Shown here: piece by piece, positions 24,670 to 44,530 of the stretch | How positions within the stretch are numbered: position 1 is the first letter of the stretch | Layout: every line of letters begins with the position of its first letter | Origin: Guillardia theta CCMP2712 | Lineage: Eukaryota > Protista > Cryptophyta | Reading direction: 5' to 3' | Length of the DNA: 51,402 bases | Assembly (NCBI RefSeq): GCF_000315625.1 | Contig: NW_005434580.1 | Span: 118,846 to 170,247, forward strand | Notes under the pieces: generated by a model | What the model was told of the DNA's origin: nothing | Seen by the model: the letters and a program-made list of their open reading frames with translations, nothing else | Database searches by the model: none | Position numbers and translations under genes: made by a program

Positions 24670-27600
24670 TCAGGGTCGTAGCACATTAACATGGAGTAAA
24701 GGCCTGAACCGTTGGACAACCGTATGAGAGAGTTGTGTCTGCAATGACAGGGCGGCAACTTCATGAAAGATAGAGATCTTCGCGCGCGTCCTCATGATCT
24801 CTCCAAGACGAGCTGTGACGCAACTGCTGCAGACTCGACGACTTGGACAAGCCTTCAAACAGCCTTGCAAGCAAGCGAGCAGGTCGTCAGGCATGCTCGA
24901 CCGAGGAGGGGAACGGGAGACTTCTGTGTTGTGTTCGAGATCGAGATGTTCTTTGCAACACAATGTCAAGCTCTCCCATCCTCCTGCCCTCAGTTTGCTC
25001 GTCCACCCGTGCATGTCGATGATCAGCATCGCAAGACTCCAAACGTCTGAACTTGTAGATGGAGAGGATGAAAGGACTGGGAAAGATCGCACTGGAGATG
25101 TTTCAAACCAAACATGTATCAAGATAGCTTCAGCAAGGTGATTGTTGACTCGCAAGGCTGTACAAACTTGTGCGCTCGTTTGAGCGTCCTCCTGTCTCCA
25201 TGGAAGTTTCACACGTAACATCTCATTTGTCTGCTGAGTCGTTTCACATGTGTCAATTACCACTTCTCCCTTGCTCGACACGACGATTCTCTTGTCACCA
25301 GCACTTAACTCCTGCAAGCTCAGTTTGCATTCTCCCAACAAAACCCCACTCCCTGCTGCCTCCAACGCAACGTACAAGGTAGTCCAACTGCTGTCTTGCA
25401 ACTGCTTCTCTATCAAACATTCGCTGACCGCAGACAACAGGATTGTCTCTTGGGGTAACTTGACACCATCCCAGTACTCCTCGAAATCGAAAATTTTCAT
25501 CCCCTTCTCCTCCTCGCCTGCCCCTGCTGCTTTCATTCCACCTTTCTCGCCTGTATTCCCCGTATCCCTCTCCTCCTCCTTACTTTGCTCCTCGTCTTTC
25601 CTTCTACTTTCCCATCCACATGCTAGGGAACATTCCTCCGGCGACCAAAACCCCGCCCTTCCGCTGACAACCGCATTCCTGCAGTCTTCATATCTGACTG
25701 CTCCCGATACATTCGTAGAACATGCACGACATGTTTGGAACGATCGCAAACTTTCTTCCATCTTGACTGTTGTTGTGCTATCTTTCCAATCACACAACAC
25801 GGCGTGCATGTTCGGCCAGTTGAGCTCGACGGCTCCTGATTGCAACTTGACATGATCTGTGACATCTTGGTGAAACAGACATCGGACTAGTATCACTTGA
25901 GGAGAAAGGCTAAGGTGTGCCGACGACTCTGACCACTCGTACGGGCTGTCCACCCGGGGACGACAGTGAACGTGCGAGCTCGGAGCGTGGAGGAAAGAGA
26001 CTGCAGATGAAACCTGAAAGAGATGAATGAGACTTTCGTCTGAGAAACAAGTCGACAATCTTCAACAAACAAGCATTCACAAGACTTGCATCAGAAAGAA
26101 ATCATCTCGCACCTCAGAACATGTCACATTTTTCGCTTAAATTCTCACTGAACACGTCACATTTCTCACTGAACACATCACATTTCTCACTGATCACGTC
26201 ACATTTCTCACTGGCCGTCATCACATTCTTTCCACTGCCCTGACGACCTTAATTACCTGCAAGGAGATGTGCAACAAACTCATTGCCCAATCACTCTCCT
26301 TGTTCTTGTCCACGACATCATCCTCAAAACAGTACGCTCTTCTTGTTGTCGGATGTATCATCCATTCGTTCAGCGCTACATAACCATGTAGGAAGGGAGC
26401 TGCAAACATTTTCGCTCCCCCAAGACTGTCAGTGAATGCGATTGGAAGTATGTGTGGATGAGGTCGGACCTGATAGGAAAGGAAAGGCAACAGGCTGCAA
26501 GGTTTCATCGGGTGATCTTGTTGAGATTTCGAAGACTTGCGGTTGCTGTGCAGTATGTTGATATGAGATCGAGCGTGAAAGTAACTCCTCTCCTTGACAT
26601 CATTCCAAATCAACCTCACTGCAAACTCTCCGGCCCCACCATCGCGGCGCTTGAAAACATTCGAGCTCCCTGTCTGCATGAACAACAGCAAGTCTTGGTG
26701 CAGCTGCTGAAATGAATGCTGTCGACTCATTTGCGGCTCTTCGTTTCTTGGCATGAGGAGATTACAATCAACCAGTTCACGTAGCAACAAGTAAGATCTC
26801 AGGTACAAGAGGTCCACTGACAGAGACAACCAACACATCGCATCATCTTGTCCAGTATGCAAGCAAGCTGGAAATGTGATGCTGCTTTCAAACACGAGCA
26901 CCTTCAGAGAGTTTTCGAGGTTTGAATGCAGTTTCTGCTCCATCCCAGCTGAGCTGAGCTGATCTTCCAAGTCACACGAGTTGGCTGAGTCCTCCGTGGC
27001 AAACGTCAAAATCTCACAATCCAACAGCGAGCGTTGAGGGAGCAAGTATTCGAAGTTTGATATCATGAGCTCAATCATATCCTCCCTCACTTCACTGAGG
27101 TACAACTTCTGCCCTGCGCTCGACGTTTCCCAACTGACACTCTTTTTACCCTCAACGCGTTCTTCCGCTGGTGGGAAAGGATTGCCTGCATGTCTACCTT
27201 CAAGCGTCTCTTCGGAGTTGACGCAAGTAATTGTGCTCGTATCCAAAGCTGCGCCACTCTTTGGTTCAACATGCTCAGAGCACATGGAAACTTGTTTCAA
27301 ATCATCCATAAATAGTCCATCGACCTTGAATTTCGAATCGCATTCCCTTTCAACTCTTTTTCCATCCCGTTCCTCATGGTTTTCTTTCTCCCTCTCCTCC
27401 AATGCCTCTTCCCCTGTTTCATCCTCCGTCCCTTCCTCTCTCCTTCCATCCCCATCCTTCAAGATCCGCGATTCCCTCACATCTGAAAAACTCTCCTCAT
27501 CCCCGCCATGTTGCAACCCGCCCTGTACAATTTCAGGTAAGAACAACCCTCCTCGTTCCCGGCAACAACACACCGAGCAAGCAACCAACTGGTTCTCCTC

Positions 27601-27864
27601 AGAACCTGCGGCTGCCTCATCAGCAACCTTCATCCCTCCGCTTCCCGCCGTCCTTGCCGCCACCTTAACCAGCATCATCAGCGGCTCCTCCCAGGACCAG
27701 CCATCGTCGCCATTCACCGGGACAGGAAGCGAAGGCTGCGGGCCATGGTCCTTGCGATCTTGTAGCTTCTTCTCTTCCCCTGCGAGCTGTTCGCTGCTAC
27801 GAGGAGGAGCAGCTGGTACCCCGCTAGCCTTGGAACGTCTTGACTTCCCTATTACTCCACCCAT
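24670..27864 (-). pseudogene. 3'-truncated copy of the kinase-like gene
   Basis: ORFs 26221-28062 and 24670-26058 duplicate 9338-11137 and 7805-9196; all downstream exons (5533-7731) are missing. Confidence 0.75.
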
Positions 27865-29236
27865 GACCCAGGTACCAGGTTGCTGATCTGCCTCGTTGTC
27901 AGAAAGGCGATATCGCTCCTCCCAACTGCTTCCGTGAACTCTTCTTGCAGCATCCCTCTCCCTCTCCCTCTCCCTCTCCTCCCTCTCCCCTCCCCCTCCC
28001 TCTCCCTCTCCTCCCCCTCCCTCTCCCCACTCCCCTTTTTTTTTTTTTTTTTTTTTTTTCACTCCCCTCCACTCCCCTCCCCTCTCCTCCCCTCTCCTCT
28101 CCTTTCTTGTTCGCTTCTCTCGTCTCCAACTCCACTCTTCCTTTCTCGTTTACACTCAAAAGAAACCAACAACTCTGAGGCGTGTGTAGCCTAGCACAGA
28201 TTCAAAAGGGCGTGTAAGTCAAGCCTCCCCGACTCTCCTGATTGTCCTCCTACTGATTTTTAACTTAAAACTTTGAGTAAAGAAAATGTCACGTTTGTAC
28301 TACGGCCAGTCTACACCAGAAGGCGCCGGGCCGGGGGCGGGCCGGCCCATGCCCGGGTGACAGTCCCCCCGGAAGTTGACAGTATTATAAAATCAATTAT
28401 AATAACTTTACGGGCCTCTCACAGTACGGTAGTACCGTTTGTCGCCATGCTCGGCTAGTGAAAGAAGGGCAGGGGGCGCAGGGGATGCGGGGATTCACGG
28501 TCCTCGTCCTCGTCCTCTCCTTGCTCTCTGTGTTAGTTCGTGTCGTCCTCTTCACCCCTCGACCCCGCCATGAGGAGCCGTCGAGTCGGAGCGCCCCTTC
28601 GGTGAGTGACCATGGGAAGCTGAGCAATGTTACGAAGCCTGGGGCGATGGGGAGGGGGCAGAGGGTTCCTTCCGTTCAACTCAAGAACAACATCACGGAG
28701 ACGAGGGAGAGAAGAACTGAAGGGGGGAAGAACGCAAGGCTCGGCAACACTGCTATCAAGGTAGCAAGCTCTCCCTCGAACAAGACTGCGAACCTCCATG
28801 ATGGAAAGCCCAGGATCGCTGACTTGCATCGGACAGCAGCCTCCAAACCTGAGCCGGAGAGGATCCTACGACCAGTGAAGCTTCCAGTGCAGTCGGAACA
28901 CCCAGCAAGGGACTCGCAGCCAGCTCGGCTAAGTCTGGATGAGTTCATTCATGCCAAGAGGTGCCTTGCTCATCCGAGCATCGAGGAGTCTTTACGTCCT
29001 TACCGCTCTGCTTCGTGTGCTGGGCGAGTGACACAGTCAGTGGTGAGGAGGAAGGTGCGGGAGGATGAGGACTATGTTGGCGTCAGCATCCACAACAACC
29101 ATGTCACCCACTACGGTACTGAAGGAACTCGATGGGAGAAAAGTAACAGAGTGACCAACGGGCTCGTTCAAGACATAGCCAAGGTGGCTGACGAGGTAGA
29201 GTTGCCCGATGTCGAGTTCACTGCATACTTCCATGA
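24716..29236 (+). repeat. Right copy of ~4.5-kb direct segmental duplication
   Basis: Matches 7854-12358 with scattered SNPs and indels. Confidence 0.97.
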
Positions 29237-29972
29237 TGGCTACGGAGGATTGCGTGTGCCCGACGCAAACAACGCGTGCGTCCCTGTCTTCATCCATGAG
29301 AAGTCAAAGGGGAGCAATGGGATTCTGGCGACTCCAAGGTCAGTGACAGGGTTTACAGACTCTTTCTTGAAGACAGCAGCGTTGGACAACAGCATCCCCT
29401 TTGAAAGCAAGAAGAACAAAGCCTTTTTCAGAGGATCGACAACAGGGGGTGTTTACACGCTCAACAACTGGAGGGATTTCCCCAGGAGCAAGATCGTGCA
29501 GGCCTCCTTGGATCACCCGGAACTTATCGATGCTCGCTTCACAAACATCGTTCAGACAGACTCCGACCAGGTTGCAAGAGTCATGGAGAAGGAAGGGTTT
29601 CTATCGAGAGGACGAGTCTCGCACTCTGAACAGTGGCAGTACAAGCTAGTCGTCGTGCCGGATGGTAACTCGGTTCCTGACCGTCTGCTCGACTTCCTTG
29701 CAAGCAACGTGGTAGTCTTGAAGCAAGAATCCACAAGCGAAGAGTTCTGGTACAGGGATCTGCAGCCGTACCATCACTTCATTCCCTTCAAGCGAGATGT
29801 TTCCAACCTCATCGACGTCATCAGATCGTCTCTGAAGAATGAGAGTCTCTTGCGACATGTCGCGCAGGCTTCCACACTGTATGTGCTCGAACATCTCAAC
29901 TCAGACTCCATGAAATGCTATCTGGTGCACCTGCTTCATGCGTACGCTCAGGTGTATAGTGGAAAATCGTAG
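28485..29972 (+). CDS. Glycosyltransferase family 90 (CAP10/KDELC/Rumi-like), type II membrane protein, intronless
   Basis: N-terminal TM anchor; KAFFRGSTTG, YKLVVVPDGNSVPDRL..LASNVVVLKQES..EFWYRDLQPYHHFIP. Confidence 0.9.
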   Translation: MRGFTVLVLVLSLLSVLVRVVLFTPRPRHEEPSSRSAPSVSDHGKLSNVTKPGAMGRGQRVPSVQLKNNITETRERRTEGGKNARLGNTAIKVASSPSNKTANLHDGKPRIADLHRTAASKPEPERILRPVKLPVQSEHPARDSQPARLSLDEFIHAKRCLAHPSIEESLRPYRSASCAGRVTQSVVRRKVREDEDYVGVSIHNNHVTHYGTEGTRWEKSNRVTNGLVQDIAKVADEVELPDVEFTAYFHDGYGGLRVPDANNACVPVFIHEKSKGSNGILATPRSVTGFTDSFLKTAALDNSIPFESKKNKAFFRGSTTGGVYTLNNWRDFPRSKIVQASLDHPELIDARFTNIVQTDSDQVARVMEKEGFLSRGRVSHSEQWQYKLVVVPDGNSVPDRLLDFLASNVVVLKQESTSEEFWYRDLQPYHHFIPFKRDVSNLIDVIRSSLKNESLLRHVAQASTLYVLEHLNSDSMKCYLVHLLHAYAQVYSGKS

Positions 29973-30886
29973 CCAAAACTCAGAGTCAAAAGTCACCCAA
30001 TCAAGTGCGTTTTGATTGCACGTCGATTGAAAGTAAGGAGACACTCTACTGAAACATCAGTAACTCAGCTGTAAGGTGATGTGTTGATCTCCAATATGTT
30101 GCGGAACTTTCTGTTGATCTCTGAGAAATAAAATTTGGCACTCTATTATTATCCTTCCTGCAATGACTCGGTCACAACATCTGGAACATAAATTGTGTCG
30201 TGCGTTTATCTCAAGGAACTTGAACCACCGAACGATTGACCTCACCAAGAACAGCACAGCAACTGCATCAACACGTTTTCCCCAAGAAGAACGATCTCAA
30301 CGAAAGCTCAACAAATATTTGCTGGGTCTCATACAAGTACAAAGCAGAGGCATGAAGTTGTTGGCTACAGGCGTATGATCGTTGTGACCAAAACTTGAAA
30401 ACCCCGTTACAAAGCTTGTGATTTCCTATGCCACAACCTCTTCCTTCAGGCTTCGTTACCCATCTCTCCTTGACTCAGTGCCGTCACCCGGGCCGCCGCC
30501 CAGCCAGTGAGACTCCGGGTGACGCCGGTGACCCGGCGGGCCGGGCGAATCGGCACGTGCGGGGATGGCCCGCCGCATGATCATGGGCACGGCGGCCGGG
30601 AATGCTTGCTGCATGCGATGATGGAAGGATTGATGCCGTTGCCCCATCGTCTTCTCCTGCTCTCCTCTCCTCTGCTCTTCCTGCCATGCTCGAACTTCAA
30701 GCTGTGATCGTTCTCTTTACTTCTTGTTGCACCTGCAGGACCTTGTAGGCAGTCATCGTCAAATCCGCAAAGGTTTCTTTCCGACGCCTCCTCCTCCTCC
30801 TTCTGTGCCTCGTCATCCCCTGTGGAGGTACGCTAATACGCCCCCACTCCATCTCCTTGAGGAGAGGAAGCGGGATTTCCCCAGCC

Positions 30887-31796
30887 ATGGAGGAGAAGAC
30901 AGACAAGTCGACAGGCGTTCTGTACCTGATCGGGCTGGGGTTGAGCACCGAGCAGGACATCACAGTGCGCGGCCTGCAGGTTGTGAAACGCTGCAAGCAT
31001 GTGTATCTTGAGGGATACACGTCGATCCTCGGGGTAGAGAAGAGCAAACTGGAGGAGTTCTACGGGAGGGAGGTGGAGCTGATGGACAGAGAGGCGGTGG
31101 AGTCGAACTCAGATGAGATGTTGCTTGCAGCGAGGACGGCAGAGGTTGCGTTTCTTGTTGTTGGAGACGTGTACGGAGCGACTACACACACTGACATCGC
31201 CCTGAGAGCGAAGGAGATGGGCATCAGAGTGGAGGTCATTCACAACGCGTCCATCATGAATGCTTGTGGAGCGTGCGGCCTGCAGCTCTACAACTTCGGG
31301 CAAACAGTGTCACTCTGCTTCTGGACAGAGAGCTGGCAGCCTGACAGCTACATCGACAAGATCCTGCTGAACAAGAGGAACGGCATGCATACCCTCTGCC
31401 TGCTGGACATCAAGGTGAAGGAGCAGTCGGAGGAGAATTTGATCAGGGGCAGGAAAATCTTTGAGCCTCCTCGGTTCATGACGGTGAACCAAGCTCTCGA
31501 GCAGCTCGAGCAGATCGTCAGGAGGAGGGAAGATGTCAGGGACGTGCTGGACCTCAGGTCGACCTGTGTTGGACTTGCCAGGGTCGGGCAGGAGACTCAG
31601 TGCATCGCCTCGGGCCCACTGGAGGAGCTGAAGAGTTTTGACTTCGGCCCTCCTCTCCATTCCTTGATCATTCCTGCCGAGATGCACCCGCTAGAGATCG
31701 ACATGCTGAGATCCTTCAACGTGGTTGGGGGAGAGGAGAAGGAGGAGAAGGAGAAGGAGAAGGAAGCACAGAAACAGGAAGGAAAGTCAAATGCAG
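30887..31796 (+). CDS. DPH5: Diphthine methyl ester synthase domain (long exon; unspliced ORF would stop at 31810); in-frame hydrophobic leader upstream
   Basis: [75 protein letters not shown]. Confidence 0.95.
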
Positions 31797-31835
31797 GTAA
31801 TGAACCATGAGCTGGATTATCACAGTGTCATGTGA

Positions 31836-34379
<2,544 letters not shown>

Positions 34380-34586
34380 CGTTGAGCTGACAGCAGCTAC
34401 AGGTGGCCGGGGAGGTCGACTCCTTCTTCGAGGCCTTGAACTCATAAAGGGGGAGAGCGCGTGGGGGAGGATAGGGAGCGAGGAGGAGGAAGGGGAGGAT
34501 TGAGGAAGAGACGTTCGTAGTCGACTTGGTCTTATCTTCCTTTACATGCTCACCAACCAGCAGTTTGCCTTTCTTGCCCCCCCTCC

Positions 34587-40523
<5,937 letters not shown>

Positions 40524-41257
40524 CAAAGGATCCTGTCCTTCATCTATGCTGAGGGATAAGCAGGCACGGTCGCTGTCTTCTTCTGCATTGCAAGGACGGT
40601 CCGGAAACTATGCTGCAATAATGTCTTCGCTTCGGTCAGGCTTGATGCCCATTCACCCAACGCTTCCACCCGTCTCCCCCTCTTTTTGCTTCCTCACCAA
40701 CCCACTCTAGATTCTCTTTGCTCCCCACTCCTCAGAGTTTATCCTTCTCTCCCCTCCTCTCCTCTCCCTGACTTCTGCTATCCTCCTCTCCTCCCTCCCC
40801 TTCACTTCTCTTCTCCTCTCTTCTCCTCTCTTCTCCTCTCTTCTCCTCTCTCTACTTTTCCAAGTCAAGCCATCACCCCTTTGTCTGAACAGCCCTACCC
40901 CACCGACCCCTCCCTGATTACGACACCACCTGCTAATTATACCTTGTACTTTCCTATACCTACCCTTTCCTAAATCAGAAATTTCCCCATGAAAGTACCC
41001 CTTTCATTATGACCCTACCCCCTTTATTTCATGTGACCACTGCTCGACCCCTTTGGTGTGTTGACCCAGTATGACGTCCCTTGATGGACTTCCTGCCTCA
41101 TCCCCGCTCTTGCCCTCGGGCCGGTCCGGCCGCCGCCGATCACCGGGTCACCGGGTTGGCAGTGACTGAACGGAATAACGGTCATTGAGTGAAACGGTCT
41201 GTAACCGACCAATTGAGTTGAGTTGACTAGCCCGCCTTCATGGCCAGAAGAAGCCAG

Positions 41258-41293
<36 letters not shown>

Positions 41294-41483
41294 GACGAGG
41301 AGGACGAGGACGAGGAGAGGAGGAGGTAGAGGAGGAGGTAGAGGAGGAGGAAGCAAAGAAGCAAGGGAAAGAGAGCGGAAAGGGAAAGATGACGGGAACG
41401 AGGACATTCCGAGGTTGAACAAATGATATGGAACACCTCTATCTCCAGCAGATCGCTTCAATCATGCTGCTTAGAATGTCGAG

Positions 41484-43559
41484 ATGCTGAGACCTGAGCT
41501 CTTGATAGACGTGAAATCGAACCAGCCAGTCGAGGGCTTCTCGAAGATGGACGGGCAGGGAGACTTGGTGGAGAAGACAAGGATTAGGTTCAAAGTCCCA
41601 CCGCACTCCCTCACTCGTCCCTCCACTCGCTCCACCTCCTCTCTCTTCCCCCCCCCCAGCCCCCCAGCCCCCCTCCTCGTCATCTCTTTTCCCGTCTCCC
41701 TCTACCCCTGCCACTTTCGAATCCTCCTCGCATCAACATGCTTCATTACTCCTCTTCACCCCGACCCTGCTCCTCTCCTCTCTTTTCCCCACCTTCCTTC
41801 GTCATCATCGTCAGACTGACCAGCATGCAGGTACAGGCGCTGGAAGCAGAATCAACCAGATTCTCAGGGAGGGCACTGGTGAGGTTTCATTCCATGCTCC
41901 AGCTGCGCGTGAAGATAGTCCTTCAGGTACGAGGCTCAAGACTTGGCACGTTTTGCCAGCAACCAAGAAGACTACAACGCTGGTAAGGGGCGAGGCGATC
42001 CTGCAACCACCTAGCTCCTCTTAAAGCACTTGCAGAGCTGCGATCCCTGCTTGCAGTTAGAGAGCAATCCTCACAGAGGTGGTTCGATGGTAGAGGGACA
42101 CTCGTTGAGATGACGTGATGACGTAGAGGGATGTTGGAGTTTGCGATGATTGTTTCAGACTGCGTTCGAGATCTCAAGGTGAGATTTCGATGTGTGTCTG
42201 TTTTGTCTCCTCGACTTACAAGGTTTTCTGCAGGCTGACGTCACGAAGGTCCAGGTGGAGCTGACGATAATGGAGGGAGGTGGAGGTGTAATGCAGTACA
42301 AACAGGCGATTATGATGGAAAAAGCGATAGAGTTAGACAAGGAGGAGATGTTTGCAATGAGGTCTGCTTGAGTTCGGTGGTCGGAATTGGGGGATTGAGC
42401 ACGATCATGCAGGAAGAAGAAGATTGAAGAGCTGATGGATTACTGGAGCGAGCGAGAGGTAGGAGGGGAGAGAGAGCAAGTGAAGAGAGATGGAGTTTCC
42501 TGCAGGCGTTTAGGTTGGAGAAGCTCGAATCTCAGAAAGAAGAGCTGTTGAAACAGAAGAAGGAAGCCATCGCTGAGGTTGCTGAGTATTGTTGATGTGC
42601 AACCTCACCTTGGCTATCAGCTGAAGAAGAAGCAACAAGCAAAGTTCAAAGGCTCAAGGTGTGTATGTACGGTAGGAAGAAGGGAACGGACAACAAAGGA
42701 GAAGAAGTATACATGAGAAGAGAGGAAGAGCAGGAGAGGAGGGAAGGGAAGCAGGAGAGGAGAAGAACTGAGACGAGGGGAGAGAGGAAAGGGGACACGT
42801 GTTACCGCACGATGTCATATCGCATGCGTCTCCTGCTAAACTTGTTTTCTTTTAGTTCACTTGCAGACTTGCAAAGAACATTCGACACACTGGTCAAGCT
42901 TTTCCTCCCTCCCTCCCTCTCTCCCTCCTCCTCCTCCTCCTCCACCTCCTCCTCCTCACCCTCACCCTCACCCTTATCCCCCCAAATGTTGTCCTCTTCT
43001 GTCCAGCAAGACTGAGAAGCCAATGATGATGATGACGACGACAACGACGACGACAACGACGACAACCGCAACGATGTTTATGGAGATGAAGGAGTCGATG
43101 ATGATGATGATGATGATGACAACGACTACAATGGTGTTGTTGATAATGATGACGTTGATCAGAATCCTGCAGATGTGGGGGAAAAACTTTGAGGCTGCTT
43201 TGCAAGTCAGGTCACAGCTGACAGCTATGGAGGCTCAGGTTGTGCGACTTCTGCCGCCCATGGAGAACGAGGCTCTGACGTACAAGGGCAGGAGAGAGCG
43301 CAGTTTGATGCGAGGATCGAGAAGGAGATGAAAGTTCAGGCGAACAAGGTGACAGTCAGTTTCTTCACTTGTCTGCGAACAGCGGTGACGTCCAAGTCTG
43401 AACAGATCGAGATGAGGTTTATGAGTGAGCTGCAGAAACCTGAACGTAAGACGTTCATGACGACATGTAAGCTCCTCTTCGAACTCCGTTTGCTTTCTCC
43501 AGGTCGAGGCGGACAATGAGAAGTTTGAGATGATAAGATTGCGGTGACATGCATCTCCT

Positions 43560-43591
<32 letters not shown>

Positions 43592-44445
43592 TCAGTGACA
43601 ACGCGATCGAGGATGCAGAGCGGCAGTATGAGGTGCAGATGAAGCAGGTGGGGAGCCGGAGGGATGAGGAGGAAAAGGAGGAGAGCAGAGACATCAGAGA
43701 CCTAATTGCGATCACGACAGGTAGAATGCTCCAAGAGACACAAGGCGGCGAAGGCGAAGCAAGAGGCTGAGACGGTGATTGAGTTCAACTCTCATCATTA
43801 TCACCATAATTCTATCATCACATTCAAATACCTCCTTGTCTCTCGTCTTCTGTTCTGACCCATTGTTTATTGCACTTGTTTTGTCTTGCAGGCCATGATG
43901 AATTCTCAGCAGCATGTCGCGGTATCTTCACAGCCATCGTTCAACTCCTCTTCGTATCTGACAAGTCCCATTGCATTCAGAGCAAGTCAGACGTCGATCA
44001 CGTCAAGAAAGCAAGTAAACCCAACAGACAGACAAGGAAAGGAGTCATCATCAGCAACCTGAGCGAGACTCTAGCTGCGGAACGGGAGAGAAAGGAGCAA
44101 GAGGAAGATCGAAGGTCACAAGGTGTTGTGGTTCAGGGCTTGCAAGCTCAAGAGAGGATGCTAGGTTGGAACAGGAGAGGGTTGCAGAGGAGAAGAGGGC
44201 ATTTGTCAAACGACAGACGAATGTACATGTTTTCAGTTGGCTTGTTGTTGTCAATGTCAACTCTTCTCAGATCTTCTTGTTGTCTCCTCGATCCATTGTG
44301 GAGAGATCAACAGCAGGCAGGAAACAGGAGACAAACGACTTGAACAACTCCCTCCTGTCTCCGCGGTGATGTTTCTTATGATCGTCTCCCTTCCTCCCTC
44401 GTCATCAAAAGCAGCTGAATCATTTAAACAATCATGCTTTTCAAG

Positions 44446-44530
<85 letters not shown>

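Noticed and set aside
12359-24715. Pure amplification chimera, or Helitron/Pack-MULE capture
   Set aside because: Copies differ from their sources by SNPs and indels, unlike fresh chimeras, and no TIRs, short TSDs or Helitron termini were seen; haplotype mis-assembly cannot be fully excluded without reads
23900-24715. Gene fragment at right end of insert
   Set aside because: Short ORFs with no recognisable homology; left unassigned
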